Shown here one piece after another: positions 33,465-41,704 of a stretch of DNA of 55,621 bases (positions are counted from its first letter, which is position 1; each line of letters starts with the position of its first letter). The notes beneath the pieces were generated by a model, which was not told the origin of the DNA, did no database searches, and saw only the letters and a program-made list of their open reading frames with translations. Made by a program: the position numbers and the translations under genes. The stretch comes from an uncultured Candidatus Peribacteria bacterium (GTDB taxonomy: Bacteria; Patescibacteriota; Gracilibacteria; UBA1369; UBA12463), in the NCBI GenBank assembly GCA_964521465.1, contig CAZFSD010000001.1, forward strand, positions 18,715 to 74,335. Direction: 5' to 3'.

Positions 33465-34637
33465 ATGGCACGTACCAAAAAGTTTATCGTCCATCCTTCT
33501 GATGATCGTCTTGCTCAATTTCCGAAGGAAGTGCAGGCACTCGTTGAAAAGGGTCGCAAACAAAATTTCGTGACACAGCAGGAGCTCCTCAAAGTGATGC
33601 CAAATATCGAAGAGGATCTCGTGCTTCTCGATGAAATTTATAGCCTTTTCATGGATATTGGTATCGAAGTGATTGATATGAAAGAGGCCGAGTCGCTCAT
33701 TTGGAAAACGGAAGAAAAAGAAGAGGCTTCCACGGAAAAAAGTGAAAAAGGCGAGAAGAGTGAAAAGCCGGCTCCGAAGAAAAAGTCCGAGAAAACGGAT
33801 TCTGATTTCAAGGAGATTGCGAATGATTCGATTCGTTTGTATCTTTGTGAAATTGGAAAATATCCACTGCTCAATGCGAAAGAGGAAATTGATCTTGCGC
33901 GCCGCATTCAAAAAGGGGATCAGACAGCAAAATCTTCTCTTGCACAGGCCAATCTTCGTCTCGTCGTGAGTATTGCGAAGAAATACATCGGCCGTGGACT
34001 TTCTTTTCTGGATCTTATTCAGGAGGGGAATATCGGTCTTTTCCGCGCAGTTGAAAAATTTGATCCGAATCGCGGTTTCAAGTTTTCGACGTATGCAACC
34101 TGGTGGATTCGCCAGGCTATTACCCGCGCTATTGCGGATCAATCTCGTACGATTCGTATTCCGGTGCATATGGTGGAAACGATCAATAAGTTGACGCATG
34201 CTCAGCGCCGTTTGGTGCAGGAGCTTGGTCGTGAACCTCTCGTCGAAGAACTTGCTGCAGAAATGGATATGGATGTGAAGAAGGTTCGCCACATTATGAA
34301 AATTTCCCAGGATATCGTTTCGCTCGAAGCACCTGTTGGAACGGAAGAAGATAGTAAGCTCGGTGACTTCATCGAAGATGATGAGGCTCTCAGCCCTGCA
34401 GAAGCAACCAATCGACAGCTTCTCAAAGAGAATATCCGTGAAATGCTTCAGTATCTCACGCCTCGTGAACGCAAAATTATTGAAATGCGTTTCGGTCTCA
34501 AGGACGGCGTAGGACATACGCTCGAAGAAGTAGGAAAGGAATTCCATGTCACCCGTGAGCGTATTCGCCAGATCGAAGCGAAGGTTCTTCAGAAACTCAA
34601 AGAACATCCAACCAGCGTTTCTATTCGACCGCTGTAA
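33465..34637 (+). CDS. rpoD: RNA polymerase primary sigma factor (sigma-70)
   Basis: 390 aa. Region 2 ([34 protein letters not shown]), region 3, and region 4 ([20 protein letters not shown]). The conserved dnaG-rpoD order is present. Confidence 0.95.
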
Positions 34638-34665
34638 TTATTTCTCATTTTAACTTTTTCTTTTT

Positions 34666-35232
34666 ATGACGAAAAAAACGAAGGCTCAAGCTCAAGATTT
34701 CGACGATATCTCTCTTGATGATGCCGTTTCTGGTGGAGCTGGCAGTGTTGCTGCTGGTGATGACACACAGGCTATCGTGGTGACTCGTGAGGGTTATGAA
34801 AAGCTTGTTCAGGAGCTTGAATATCTCAAAAGCGTGAAGCGCCGCGAGGTTGCCGAAAGACTTCAGGAGGCAATTTCTTATGGCGATCTTTCAGAGAATT
34901 CCGAATATGAAGATGCAAAAAATGAACAGGCTTTCGTCGAAGGTCGTGTTTTGGAACTGGAAAGTAAGATTAAACATGCTCAGGTGATTGAAGAGAAACA
35001 TCGAAAAGCGGCTTTTGTCCAGCTTGGTACGACGGTGACATTTCGTGAAGTTGGAAAACAAAAAACGAAGACTTTCACGATTGTCGGTTCTACCGAGACG
35101 GATATTACAAAAGGTCGTATCTCCAATGTCTCCCCAGTGGGCGCTGCTCTTCTCGACGCTCGCGTTGGTGATCGCGTGAAGGCTCAAACACCAGGCGGAA
35201 TGATGGAGTACGAAGTGATGAAAGTTGAGTGA
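34666..35232 (+). CDS. greA: transcription elongation factor GreA
   Basis: 188 aa with TREGYEKLVQELEYLKSVKRREVAERLQEAISYGDLSENSEYEDAK and a C-terminal FKBP-like domain. There is a ~30-aa acidic N-terminal extension. Confidence 0.9.
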   Translation: MTKKTKAQAQDFDDISLDDAVSGGAGSVAAGDDTQAIVVTREGYEKLVQELEYLKSVKRREVAERLQEAISYGDLSENSEYEDAKNEQAFVEGRVLELESKIKHAQVIEEKHRKAAFVQLGTTVTFREVGKQKTKTFTIVGSTETDITKGRISNVSPVGAALLDARVGDRVKAQTPGGMMEYEVMKVE

Positions 35233-35246
35233 TTTTTTGACTACCT

Positions 35247-36086
35247 ATGTCATTTCCTGAATCAAATCCTCTTCGTCCTCCTGAATCTGGACCAGCTCTT
35301 CCGGAGAAAGGTCTTACTTCACCTCGAGAGGCGAAAGAGTTTTTGAAGACTGTCCAGCAGATGACCGATGACATGCAAAAGAAGGGCGCGTCACTGGTGG
35401 CCAATGAAAAATTGAAAGCCGCGGCCTTTGGCTCTGGTGCAGCGACGACTCAAGGTGACTTAAAATCTCCTGATGTTGGTCTTGAAAATCATGACCAACT
35501 TGTTGATAAAGCTTTGGGTGCACTCATTTTGGAGCAGGCGCGTGCAGCTTTTCAGTTGAAGAAGAAGGGCTATTTCGATAGCGTATCCGGCGGTAAAGGT
35601 GGTTTTTGTGAGCAATATGCTGATTATTTAAAAAATCAAATTAAAAAAAGCCTTGGTTTTGATAAAGATGGGACTCTCAACTGGGAGCAGCCGCTCAATG
35701 AGGCTGCTACTGCTGATATGCGCGGAAAAATTTTAGGAGATCTTTCCGTTTCTGATTTTTCTCATTGTCGCGCCGGAAATGTTTTCTTTGTGAACCTTGC
35801 TCGGAAATATACTGGTAAAAATGCCCTCATTGAAGGTACTTCTGATCCGTTGCCAAAAATTTCCGATGAACGACACTGGTTTACCTTTGTTGGCATCGAC
35901 AATGGTGTACCTCGCTTTGTTGATAATCTTCATGAAACTTTTACTTTGGCGGATCTTCAAAAGAGTCCTCTTCGCAATAGGGCTGTTATCAATATTCATG
36001 ATCCCTACGCTGATGTTCGAGATAATCTTCAGGTCAATGGGAACATGATCTCAGCTCTCGATCTTGATAAAGACCCGGAAGGCTGA
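35247..36086 (+). CDS. hypothetical protein with possible papain/CHAP-like Cys-His-Asp arrangement
   Basis: 279 aa with no signal peptide. GGKGGFCEQYADYL, then RHWFTFVGIDNGVPRFVDNLHE downstream. No family confidently recognised. Confidence 0.6.
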   Translation: MSFPESNPLRPPESGPALPEKGLTSPREAKEFLKTVQQMTDDMQKKGASLVANEKLKAAAFGSGAATTQGDLKSPDVGLENHDQLVDKALGALILEQARAAFQLKKKGYFDSVSGGKGGFCEQYADYLKNQIKKSLGFDKDGTLNWEQPLNEAATADMRGKILGDLSVSDFSHCRAGNVFFVNLARKYTGKNALIEGTSDPLPKISDERHWFTFVGIDNGVPRFVDNLHETFTLADLQKSPLRNRAVINIHDPYADVRDNLQVNGNMISALDLDKDPEG

Positions 36087-36088
36087 TT

Positions 36089-36487
36089 CTATCGATACTT
36101 GTGCGTCGTGTACTGTCTCTCCTGTGGTGTTTCGTGAAATTGCATCTGCATTCTTTTGTAATCCTTTCGATATTTTTTGATGTATTTATAGGCTTCGTAG
36201 ATCAATATTCCGAGAATGCCGTAGAGTACGAAGCGAGATCCTAAGATCGGGAATCGTTCGTAGCGTGATCCGATATTGAGAAAAAGTCCGAAGGCGATCC
36301 AAAAACTGGTTGCAGGAACTCCTGCGAAGATTTTTCGGAAAGCACGGTCATCTTTTTTCTTCTGAATGGTTTTCCCCATCATAAATCCTCCGATCACCAA
36401 AACTGCGGCGAGGATGATGAGCGGGATGTAGAAGTTGAAGGGGCTGCCAGGGATCGGGCTGAAGAAATAGTCGAGAATTTTGATCAT
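36089..36487 (-). CDS. hypothetical small membrane protein
   Basis: 132 aa with 3-4 hydrophobic helices. Its ATG overlaps the lgt stop as ATGA (36484-36487), suggesting translational coupling with lgt. Confidence 0.55.
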   Translation of the reverse strand: MIKILDYFFSPIPGSPFNFYIPLIILAAVLVIGGFMMGKTIQKKKDDRAFRKIFAGVPATSFWIAFGLFLNIGSRYERFPILGSRFVLYGILGILIYEAYKYIKKYRKDYKRMQMQFHETPQERQYTTHKYR

Positions 36488-37284
36488 AGAGATGGGGTAT
36501 TTTCCGGTGATATTTGATCTTTATTATAACGAATGGCGAGGAGAATTCCAGCGGAAATTGCCCCTATGGCTGCGATCCATTGCTCTGTCCGAAGTCCAAA
36601 AAGCATCAGACTTTCGTCTCCCATGGTGAATTCTTCAAAAAAGCGAGCGATGGAATAGCTGAGCATGATGAGAAGCGCGAGCTTTCCTTCTTCCTTAATT
36701 TTTTCTTTGTAAAAAAGTGTTATGAATACGGCGCAGAGGATGCTGAGATATATTGCTGCGTAGATTTGCGTCGGATGTACGGGAATCGTGAAGGGAACGG
36801 TGAAATTTTGGTATGTTACACCCCACGATAGCTCCGTTTCTTTTCCATAGTAGGTTCCTTCCATAAATGCTCCGATATTTCCTAGAATCATGCCGGGAAG
36901 TATCGCAAGTGTAAAAACATCCATCCATTTCAAAAAAGGTTCTTTCTCTTGCTTTGCATATCGATAAAGCGCGATCAGCATCCCTATGATTAAGCCCCAG
37001 AAACTCAGTCCCTTATCCCAGAAAGCAAACATTTGAAAAATTCCTTTCCACTGAAATCCTTCCGGAAAATATTCCCATGATGTTGTTGCGATATAAAGTA
37101 TTCGTGCGCCGATGATTCCGTGAACCACGATGCCGATGAGATATTCTTTGATGAAGGCGAGTTTGAGCTTATTGTGAACGGCGAACTTGATCAGGAGCCA
37201 GCCGACGAGAAGCGTTGCAAGTGTTACGCAGAGCCAGAGTGATGATATCGCGACAGAACCGATTTCGAGAATGGCTGGGTACAT
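36484..37284 (-). CDS. lgt: prolipoprotein diacylglyceryl transferase
   Basis: 266 aa polytopic protein with GARILYI, LGNIGAFMEGTYYGKETELSWGV and HPTQIYAAIYL (Lgt HPTQ motif). Confidence 0.85.
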   Translation of the reverse strand: MYPAILEIGSVAISSLWLCVTLATLLVGWLLIKFAVHNKLKLAFIKEYLIGIVVHGIIGARILYIATTSWEYFPEGFQWKGIFQMFAFWDKGLSFWGLIIGMLIALYRYAKQEKEPFLKWMDVFTLAILPGMILGNIGAFMEGTYYGKETELSWGVTYQNFTVPFTIPVHPTQIYAAIYLSILCAVFITLFYKEKIKEEGKLALLIMLSYSIARFFEEFTMGDESLMLFGLRTEQWIAAIGAISAGILLAIRYNKDQISPENTPSL

Positions 37285-37290
37285 AAAGTG

Positions 37291-38697
37291 TTAGCTAAAA
37301 TTGAGAATGATGAATATCGAGAGCATGCTTGTCAGAATCCAGGTGGCGATCGTCGCGATTTTTTTCCCGGGAAAGAATTGCCTTTTTCCTTTTGCTGCTG
37401 CATAGACAATGAACATAATTGTCAGGAGAACCACGAATTTATTGTTTGCCGTCGGTTCCAAAAATTGCTTTATTGATGGGCTTTCTTTGAGCGGTGATGC
37501 ATAGAGAGATGCGAAGAAGTACATGAGATAGAAAAAGAGGATCCAGCCCAAGAGACTGATGAGTTCATGAACTGTTCTTTGAGATACTGATTCTTCGTTT
37601 TTGATATATTCATCTTCTTTGTATTTTTTTTGTATTTCACTCACTTCTTCTTTGAGTGCTCCTTTTTCTTTTCTGAGATTTTTGATGTTTTCTTTCATTT
37701 CGTCTCGCATTTCCGGCGATTTTTCCTTGATGAAGAGTTTGTAGTATGAAAAAAGCTGCTTTTCGAGAAGATTGATTTTTTCCTTTCGGGTGCTGATTTC
37801 CGGTGGTTCTGTGAGAATGTCTTGTATGAAACTGTAGATACTCCAGGTTATTTTTTTGAATATGCCGCCGCTTATAACATCATCGGTCATATTTTGTTTT
37901 TTCCATTGGCTGATTTTCTCGAGAATAGATTGTCGCAATGATGATTCGAGACGGTTTTCTTCGAGTTCTGCGAGTGTTTTTTTGACTTCGAGATGGAATC
38001 GTTCAAGATCTTTGTTGGTTTTTTCTTTTTCCGGAATATCTTCGCGGAAAATTTTCTCGATATTTTCAATGTGCATCAGGAGTTCTTGTGCGAGATGACG
38101 GACATATTCGATGTTGGAGCTTGTTTTGAGGCGAATGAGTCGATCTGATTTTTTTTGTATTTCAAGCCTTTCTTCGTCTTTGATTTTTTCTCCATATTGC
38201 GTCAAAAGTATTTGAACTTTTTCCAGCGCTTTCTCGACATGGGTTTGGACGAATTTTTCTTTTTCGCGTTGTTCCTGCTCTCGTGATTGTTCTTCCTGTG
38301 GCTTTTGTTTGAGATTTGCTTCTCGCTTGAGTTCGGTATAAAGATTCACGACACCGAGGTTTTTTTCTTGCTCCTGTTCTTCGAGCGATGCCGCAGAACG
38401 CCAAATTTTTTCGACGCTGAAGCGATACTCCAAGACAAGTCTTTTGAAAGCTTCAAATTTATCTTCGCCGGCGATGGTCCCGACGATTCTTCTGCCATTT
38501 TGGTCGATGGCTTCGAATTGAAACTTGATGTTTTTTCCCATGATATTTTCTGCGATTTCTTCTTCTACTTCGGTCAATTCGATCACGGGAAAACCCAGAC
38601 GATTGAGTTCATCTCGTGCGCCGGATTCATTATCTGCATCAATGGTTCCGGCAAGTTTTTTGCCTTCTTTATTGATAATTGTATAACTAAATTTCAT
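37291..38697 (-). CDS. hypothetical membrane protein with tandem GspF/PilC-N-terminal-like modules, long coiled coil and 3 C-terminal TMs
   Basis: 468 aa. Residues 1-45 (MKFSYTIINKEGKKLAGTIDADNESGARDELNRLGFPVIEL) and about 56-98 (IKFQFEAIDQNGRRIVGTIAGEDKFEAFKRLV) fit the FxYxAxDxxGxxxxGxIxA...A...L pattern of T2SS/T4P platform-protein N-termini. The rest is a K/E-rich coiled coil plus 3 TM. Confidence 0.65.
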   Translation of the reverse strand: MKFSYTIINKEGKKLAGTIDADNESGARDELNRLGFPVIELTEVEEEIAENIMGKNIKFQFEAIDQNGRRIVGTIAGEDKFEAFKRLVLEYRFSVEKIWRSAASLEEQEQEKNLGVVNLYTELKREANLKQKPQEEQSREQEQREKEKFVQTHVEKALEKVQILLTQYGEKIKDEERLEIQKKSDRLIRLKTSSNIEYVRHLAQELLMHIENIEKIFREDIPEKEKTNKDLERFHLEVKKTLAELEENRLESSLRQSILEKISQWKKQNMTDDVISGGIFKKITWSIYSFIQDILTEPPEISTRKEKINLLEKQLFSYYKLFIKEKSPEMRDEMKENIKNLRKEKGALKEEVSEIQKKYKEDEYIKNEESVSQRTVHELISLLGWILFFYLMYFFASLYASPLKESPSIKQFLEPTANNKFVVLLTIMFIVYAAAKGKRQFFPGKKIATIATWILTSMLSIFIILNFS

Positions 38698-38734
38698 TCA
38701 ACGATTTTGAGAGATTTCCGTAGCTTCTGCTATT

Positions 38735-40357
38735 TTATTCGTTTTCGATCGACGCTTCAATGAAACCTGCGAAAAGAGGGTGTGGTCTTTGTGGTCGTGA
38801 GAGGAATTCTGGATGAAATTGTGAACCGATCATGAATGGATGATCTTTGATCTCTGCGATTTCTACGAGATTTTGCTTTGGATTGATGCCGGAAAAGACC
38901 ATGCCTTTTTCCTCTAGTGATTTGCGATATTTGTTGTTGAATTCGTAGCGGTGACGGTGTCGTTCTTCGATGGTGTCTTTTCCGTAGGCTTTGTGCGTTT
39001 TGGTTCCTTTGGTGATTTCACATGGATAAATTCCCAGTCGGAGTGTTCCGCCTTTTTCTTTGTCTTTGTGCTGATCTGGCAGGAAGTGGATGACATAATT
39101 TTCTGGATCGAGTTTGCCTTCTTCGTCGAATTCTTGTGAAGTGATGGTTGGATTCTTGAGAACATGACGTGCAAATTCGATGGTCATGAGCTGCATGCCG
39201 AGACAGAGTCCGAGATATGGTACTTTGTGTTCACGGGCGTATTTTGCGGCAAGAATCTTGCCTTCAGTTCCGCGTGAACCGAATCCGCCGGGAACGAGAA
39301 TTCCGGAGACTTTTTTGAGCAGATCCCAGGTCTCTGTTTTGTTTTGTTCGAGATCTTCGGCTTCAATCCAGTTGATCTTGAGTTTTCTCTCTTGATGAAT
39401 ACAGGCGATTTTCAGCGACTCGATCACGCTGAGATAGGCATCTTCCAGGCCGGTGTACTTTCCGACAATGGCGATGTCAATCGGCTGCGCTTCGGCGTTA
39501 ATTTTTTTTACAACTTTTTCCCATTCTTTGAGATCGGGTTCAATTTTTCCGAGTTTGAGCTTTTCTGCGACGATTTCTGCGACTTTGAATTTTTTGAAAT
39601 TGATCGGTACTTCGTAGATCGAATTCACGGTTGGTGCAGGAATCACGGCTTCTTCTTCCACATCGCAGAAGAGTGCGATTTTCTTGAGCAGGCTTTTTTC
39701 GATTGGCAAATCTGAGCGGCACATGATGATGTCTGGTTGAATACCAATGGCGCGAAGTTCTCGAACGGCGGCCTGCGTTGGCTTGGTTTTGAGCTCTTTT
39801 GTCGCGTTGAGATAGGGCAGAAGCGTGACCATGACAAACAGGGTATTTTCTGGACCTAATTTTCTGCGAATTTGTCGAATGGTTTCCAGATAGGGGAGTC
39901 CTTCGATATCGCCGATCGTTCCGCCAATTTCGACGATAGTGATCTGCGATCCTGCTTTTTTTCCCACTCCGAAAACGCGCTCCTGAATGGCGCTTGTGAT
40001 ATGTGGAATGATTTGGATCGTTCCACCGAGAAAGGTTCCTTTGCGCTCTTTAGCAATGATATCCGCGTAGATTTTTCCGGTCGTGACGGATGAAAATTCG
40101 TTGAGATTTTCGTCGATGAAGCGTTCATAGTGACCCAGATCCAGGTCAGTTTCGGCTCCGTCGCTTGTGACGAAGACTTCGCCATGCTGAAAAGGACTCA
40201 TGGTCCCTGGATCCACGTTCAAATACGGATCCAGTTTCTGCATGGTAATTTTGAAGCCGGAGGCTTTGAGGAGCGCTCCAATAGAGGCGGCGACGATTCC
40301 TTTGCCCAAGGAACTACAGACCCCACCCGTAACAAAAATGAATTTTTGATCGTGCAT
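38735..40357 (-). CDS. pyrG: CTP synthase
   Basis: 540 aa with FVTGGVCSSLGKG, the GATase Cys motif GLCLGMQ, and HRHRYEFN. Confidence 0.96.
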   Translation of the reverse strand: MHDQKFIFVTGGVCSSLGKGIVAASIGALLKASGFKITMQKLDPYLNVDPGTMSPFQHGEVFVTSDGAETDLDLGHYERFIDENLNEFSSVTTGKIYADIIAKERKGTFLGGTIQIIPHITSAIQERVFGVGKKAGSQITIVEIGGTIGDIEGLPYLETIRQIRRKLGPENTLFVMVTLLPYLNATKELKTKPTQAAVRELRAIGIQPDIIMCRSDLPIEKSLLKKIALFCDVEEEAVIPAPTVNSIYEVPINFKKFKVAEIVAEKLKLGKIEPDLKEWEKVVKKINAEAQPIDIAIVGKYTGLEDAYLSVIESLKIACIHQERKLKINWIEAEDLEQNKTETWDLLKKVSGILVPGGFGSRGTEGKILAAKYAREHKVPYLGLCLGMQLMTIEFARHVLKNPTITSQEFDEEGKLDPENYVIHFLPDQHKDKEKGGTLRLGIYPCEITKGTKTHKAYGKDTIEERHRHRYEFNNKYRKSLEEKGMVFSGINPKQNLVEIAEIKDHPFMIGSQFHPEFLSRPQRPHPLFAGFIEASIENE

Positions 40358-40400
40358 GATTAGTAATTACAGAAAAAAATGCCTGAGGTCAAGAGTCTTC

Positions 40401-41369
40401 TTATCTCAACCCCGTCTTTTTTCGGACTTCTTCCATGGTTGCTTCTGCGATGACTCTCGCTCTTTTGGCGCCATCAGCGAGGATGTCGAGGATGTCGTCG
40501 GGTTTTTTGATGAGCTGCGCGCGTTTTTCTCTGGCCTCTGCGAAGTATTCGAGAATTTTGGCGAGGAGTGTTTTTTTGATGTCGCCGTAGCCAACTCCAC
40601 CTTTTTTTAACTTCTCTGCCATTTCCTCTGTTTCTGCTGGGGAGGCGAGGTGGCGATAGAGGAGATACGGAATGCACTTTTCTGGGTCTTTTGCTGCTTC
40701 GACGGGGGTGGAATCGGTCATGATGCCCATGACTTGTTTTTTCAGTGCTTCTTCGTCGGCGAAAATATCGATGGTGTTGCCGTAGCTTTTGCTCATCTTC
40801 TGGCCATCGGTTCCTGGAACGACGGCGACTTCTTCTTTGATGTAATCTTCAGGCAGTGGGAATGTTTCTCCGAAATGTTCATTAAATTTCACGGCGATGT
40901 CGCGGGCGATTTCGATGTGTTGTTTTTGGTCTTTCCCGACAGGGACGAGATTTGGCTTGTACAGAAGAATGTCTACCGCCATTAACACCGGATAATTAAA
41001 AAGTCCAACGGTTGGATCTTTGATTCCTTTGGCTCCTGCGTCTTTCCAGGCGTGCGCGCGTTCGAGGAGGCCCATGGGTGTGATACAGTCAAAAATCCAG
41101 GTGAGTTCTGCGTGCTCTGGAACTTCGCTTTGTTTGAAGAAAATTGTTTTTTGTGGATCGATGCCGAGCGCAAGATAATCTGCCGCGAGATCCATGGTGC
41201 TGTTGCGCATTTTTTCGGCGTCGCGGACGGTTGTGAGCGCGTGGAGATCCGCGATGAGATAGATGCATTGAAAATCTTTTTGCATCGCCACATGTTGTCT
41301 TGTGGCGCCGAGATAATTCCCGAGATGAATTTTACCGCTTGGCTGGATACCGGAAAGGACTGTTTTCAT
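40401..41369 (-). CDS. trpS: tryptophan--tRNA ligase
   Basis: 322 aa. HIGH-type motif (GKIHLGNYLGA) and KMSKSYGN. Confidence 0.95.
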   Translation of the reverse strand: MKTVLSGIQPSGKIHLGNYLGATRQHVAMQKDFQCIYLIADLHALTTVRDAEKMRNSTMDLAADYLALGIDPQKTIFFKQSEVPEHAELTWIFDCITPMGLLERAHAWKDAGAKGIKDPTVGLFNYPVLMAVDILLYKPNLVPVGKDQKQHIEIARDIAVKFNEHFGETFPLPEDYIKEEVAVVPGTDGQKMSKSYGNTIDIFADEEALKKQVMGIMTDSTPVEAAKDPEKCIPYLLYRHLASPAETEEMAEKLKKGGVGYGDIKKTLLAKILEYFAEAREKRAQLIKKPDDILDILADGAKRARVIAEATMEEVRKKTGLR

Positions 41370-41388
41370 GACTTTCAGTGTAGCAGAT

Positions 41389-41676
41389 TTACTCGCTTTG
41401 GGCGATATCTTTTATTCCGATGCTTGCTATTCTTGATACATCTTCCCCATCCTCTTCCCTATCTTCATCATTCAGCGCTTCTCCTATTGCATTTTGGACG
41501 AGAGTACAGAGATCATTGAAGGCGGCGTCTATCTTCTCTTGGTATACGTTGTAGGTAATACATCCTGCTGCAGTCAGTGCGACTCCTGCTGATATGATTT
41601 TTCCAAAGGCATTCAACGGTGATGAAGGCTTTGTTGGGTGGGAAAATCTCCAGTGAGGTTGTTCTAGATGGTCCAT
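41389..41676 (-). CDS. hypothetical small protein with one TM and acidic C-terminus
   Basis: 95-aa ORF between priA and trpS on the same strand. One TM (IISAGVALTAAGCITY). No family recognised. Confidence 0.45.
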   Translation of the reverse strand: MDHLEQPHWRFSHPTKPSSPLNAFGKIISAGVALTAAGCITYNVYQEKIDAAFNDLCTLVQNAIGEALNDEDREEDGEDVSRIASIGIKDIAQSE

Positions 41677-41704
41677 CGCGAGACTGTGAAATGAGATGAA
41701 GGCT

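Noticed and set aside
33282-34607. 441-aa minus-strand ORF antisense to rpoD.
   Set aside because: It is a low-complexity F/L/R-rich translation opposite an unmistakable sigma-70 gene, so it is a shadow ORF.
41370-41388. T-box leader upstream of trpS.
   Set aside because: Only 19 nt separate trpS from the upstream ORF stop, which is far too short for a T-box riboswitch.
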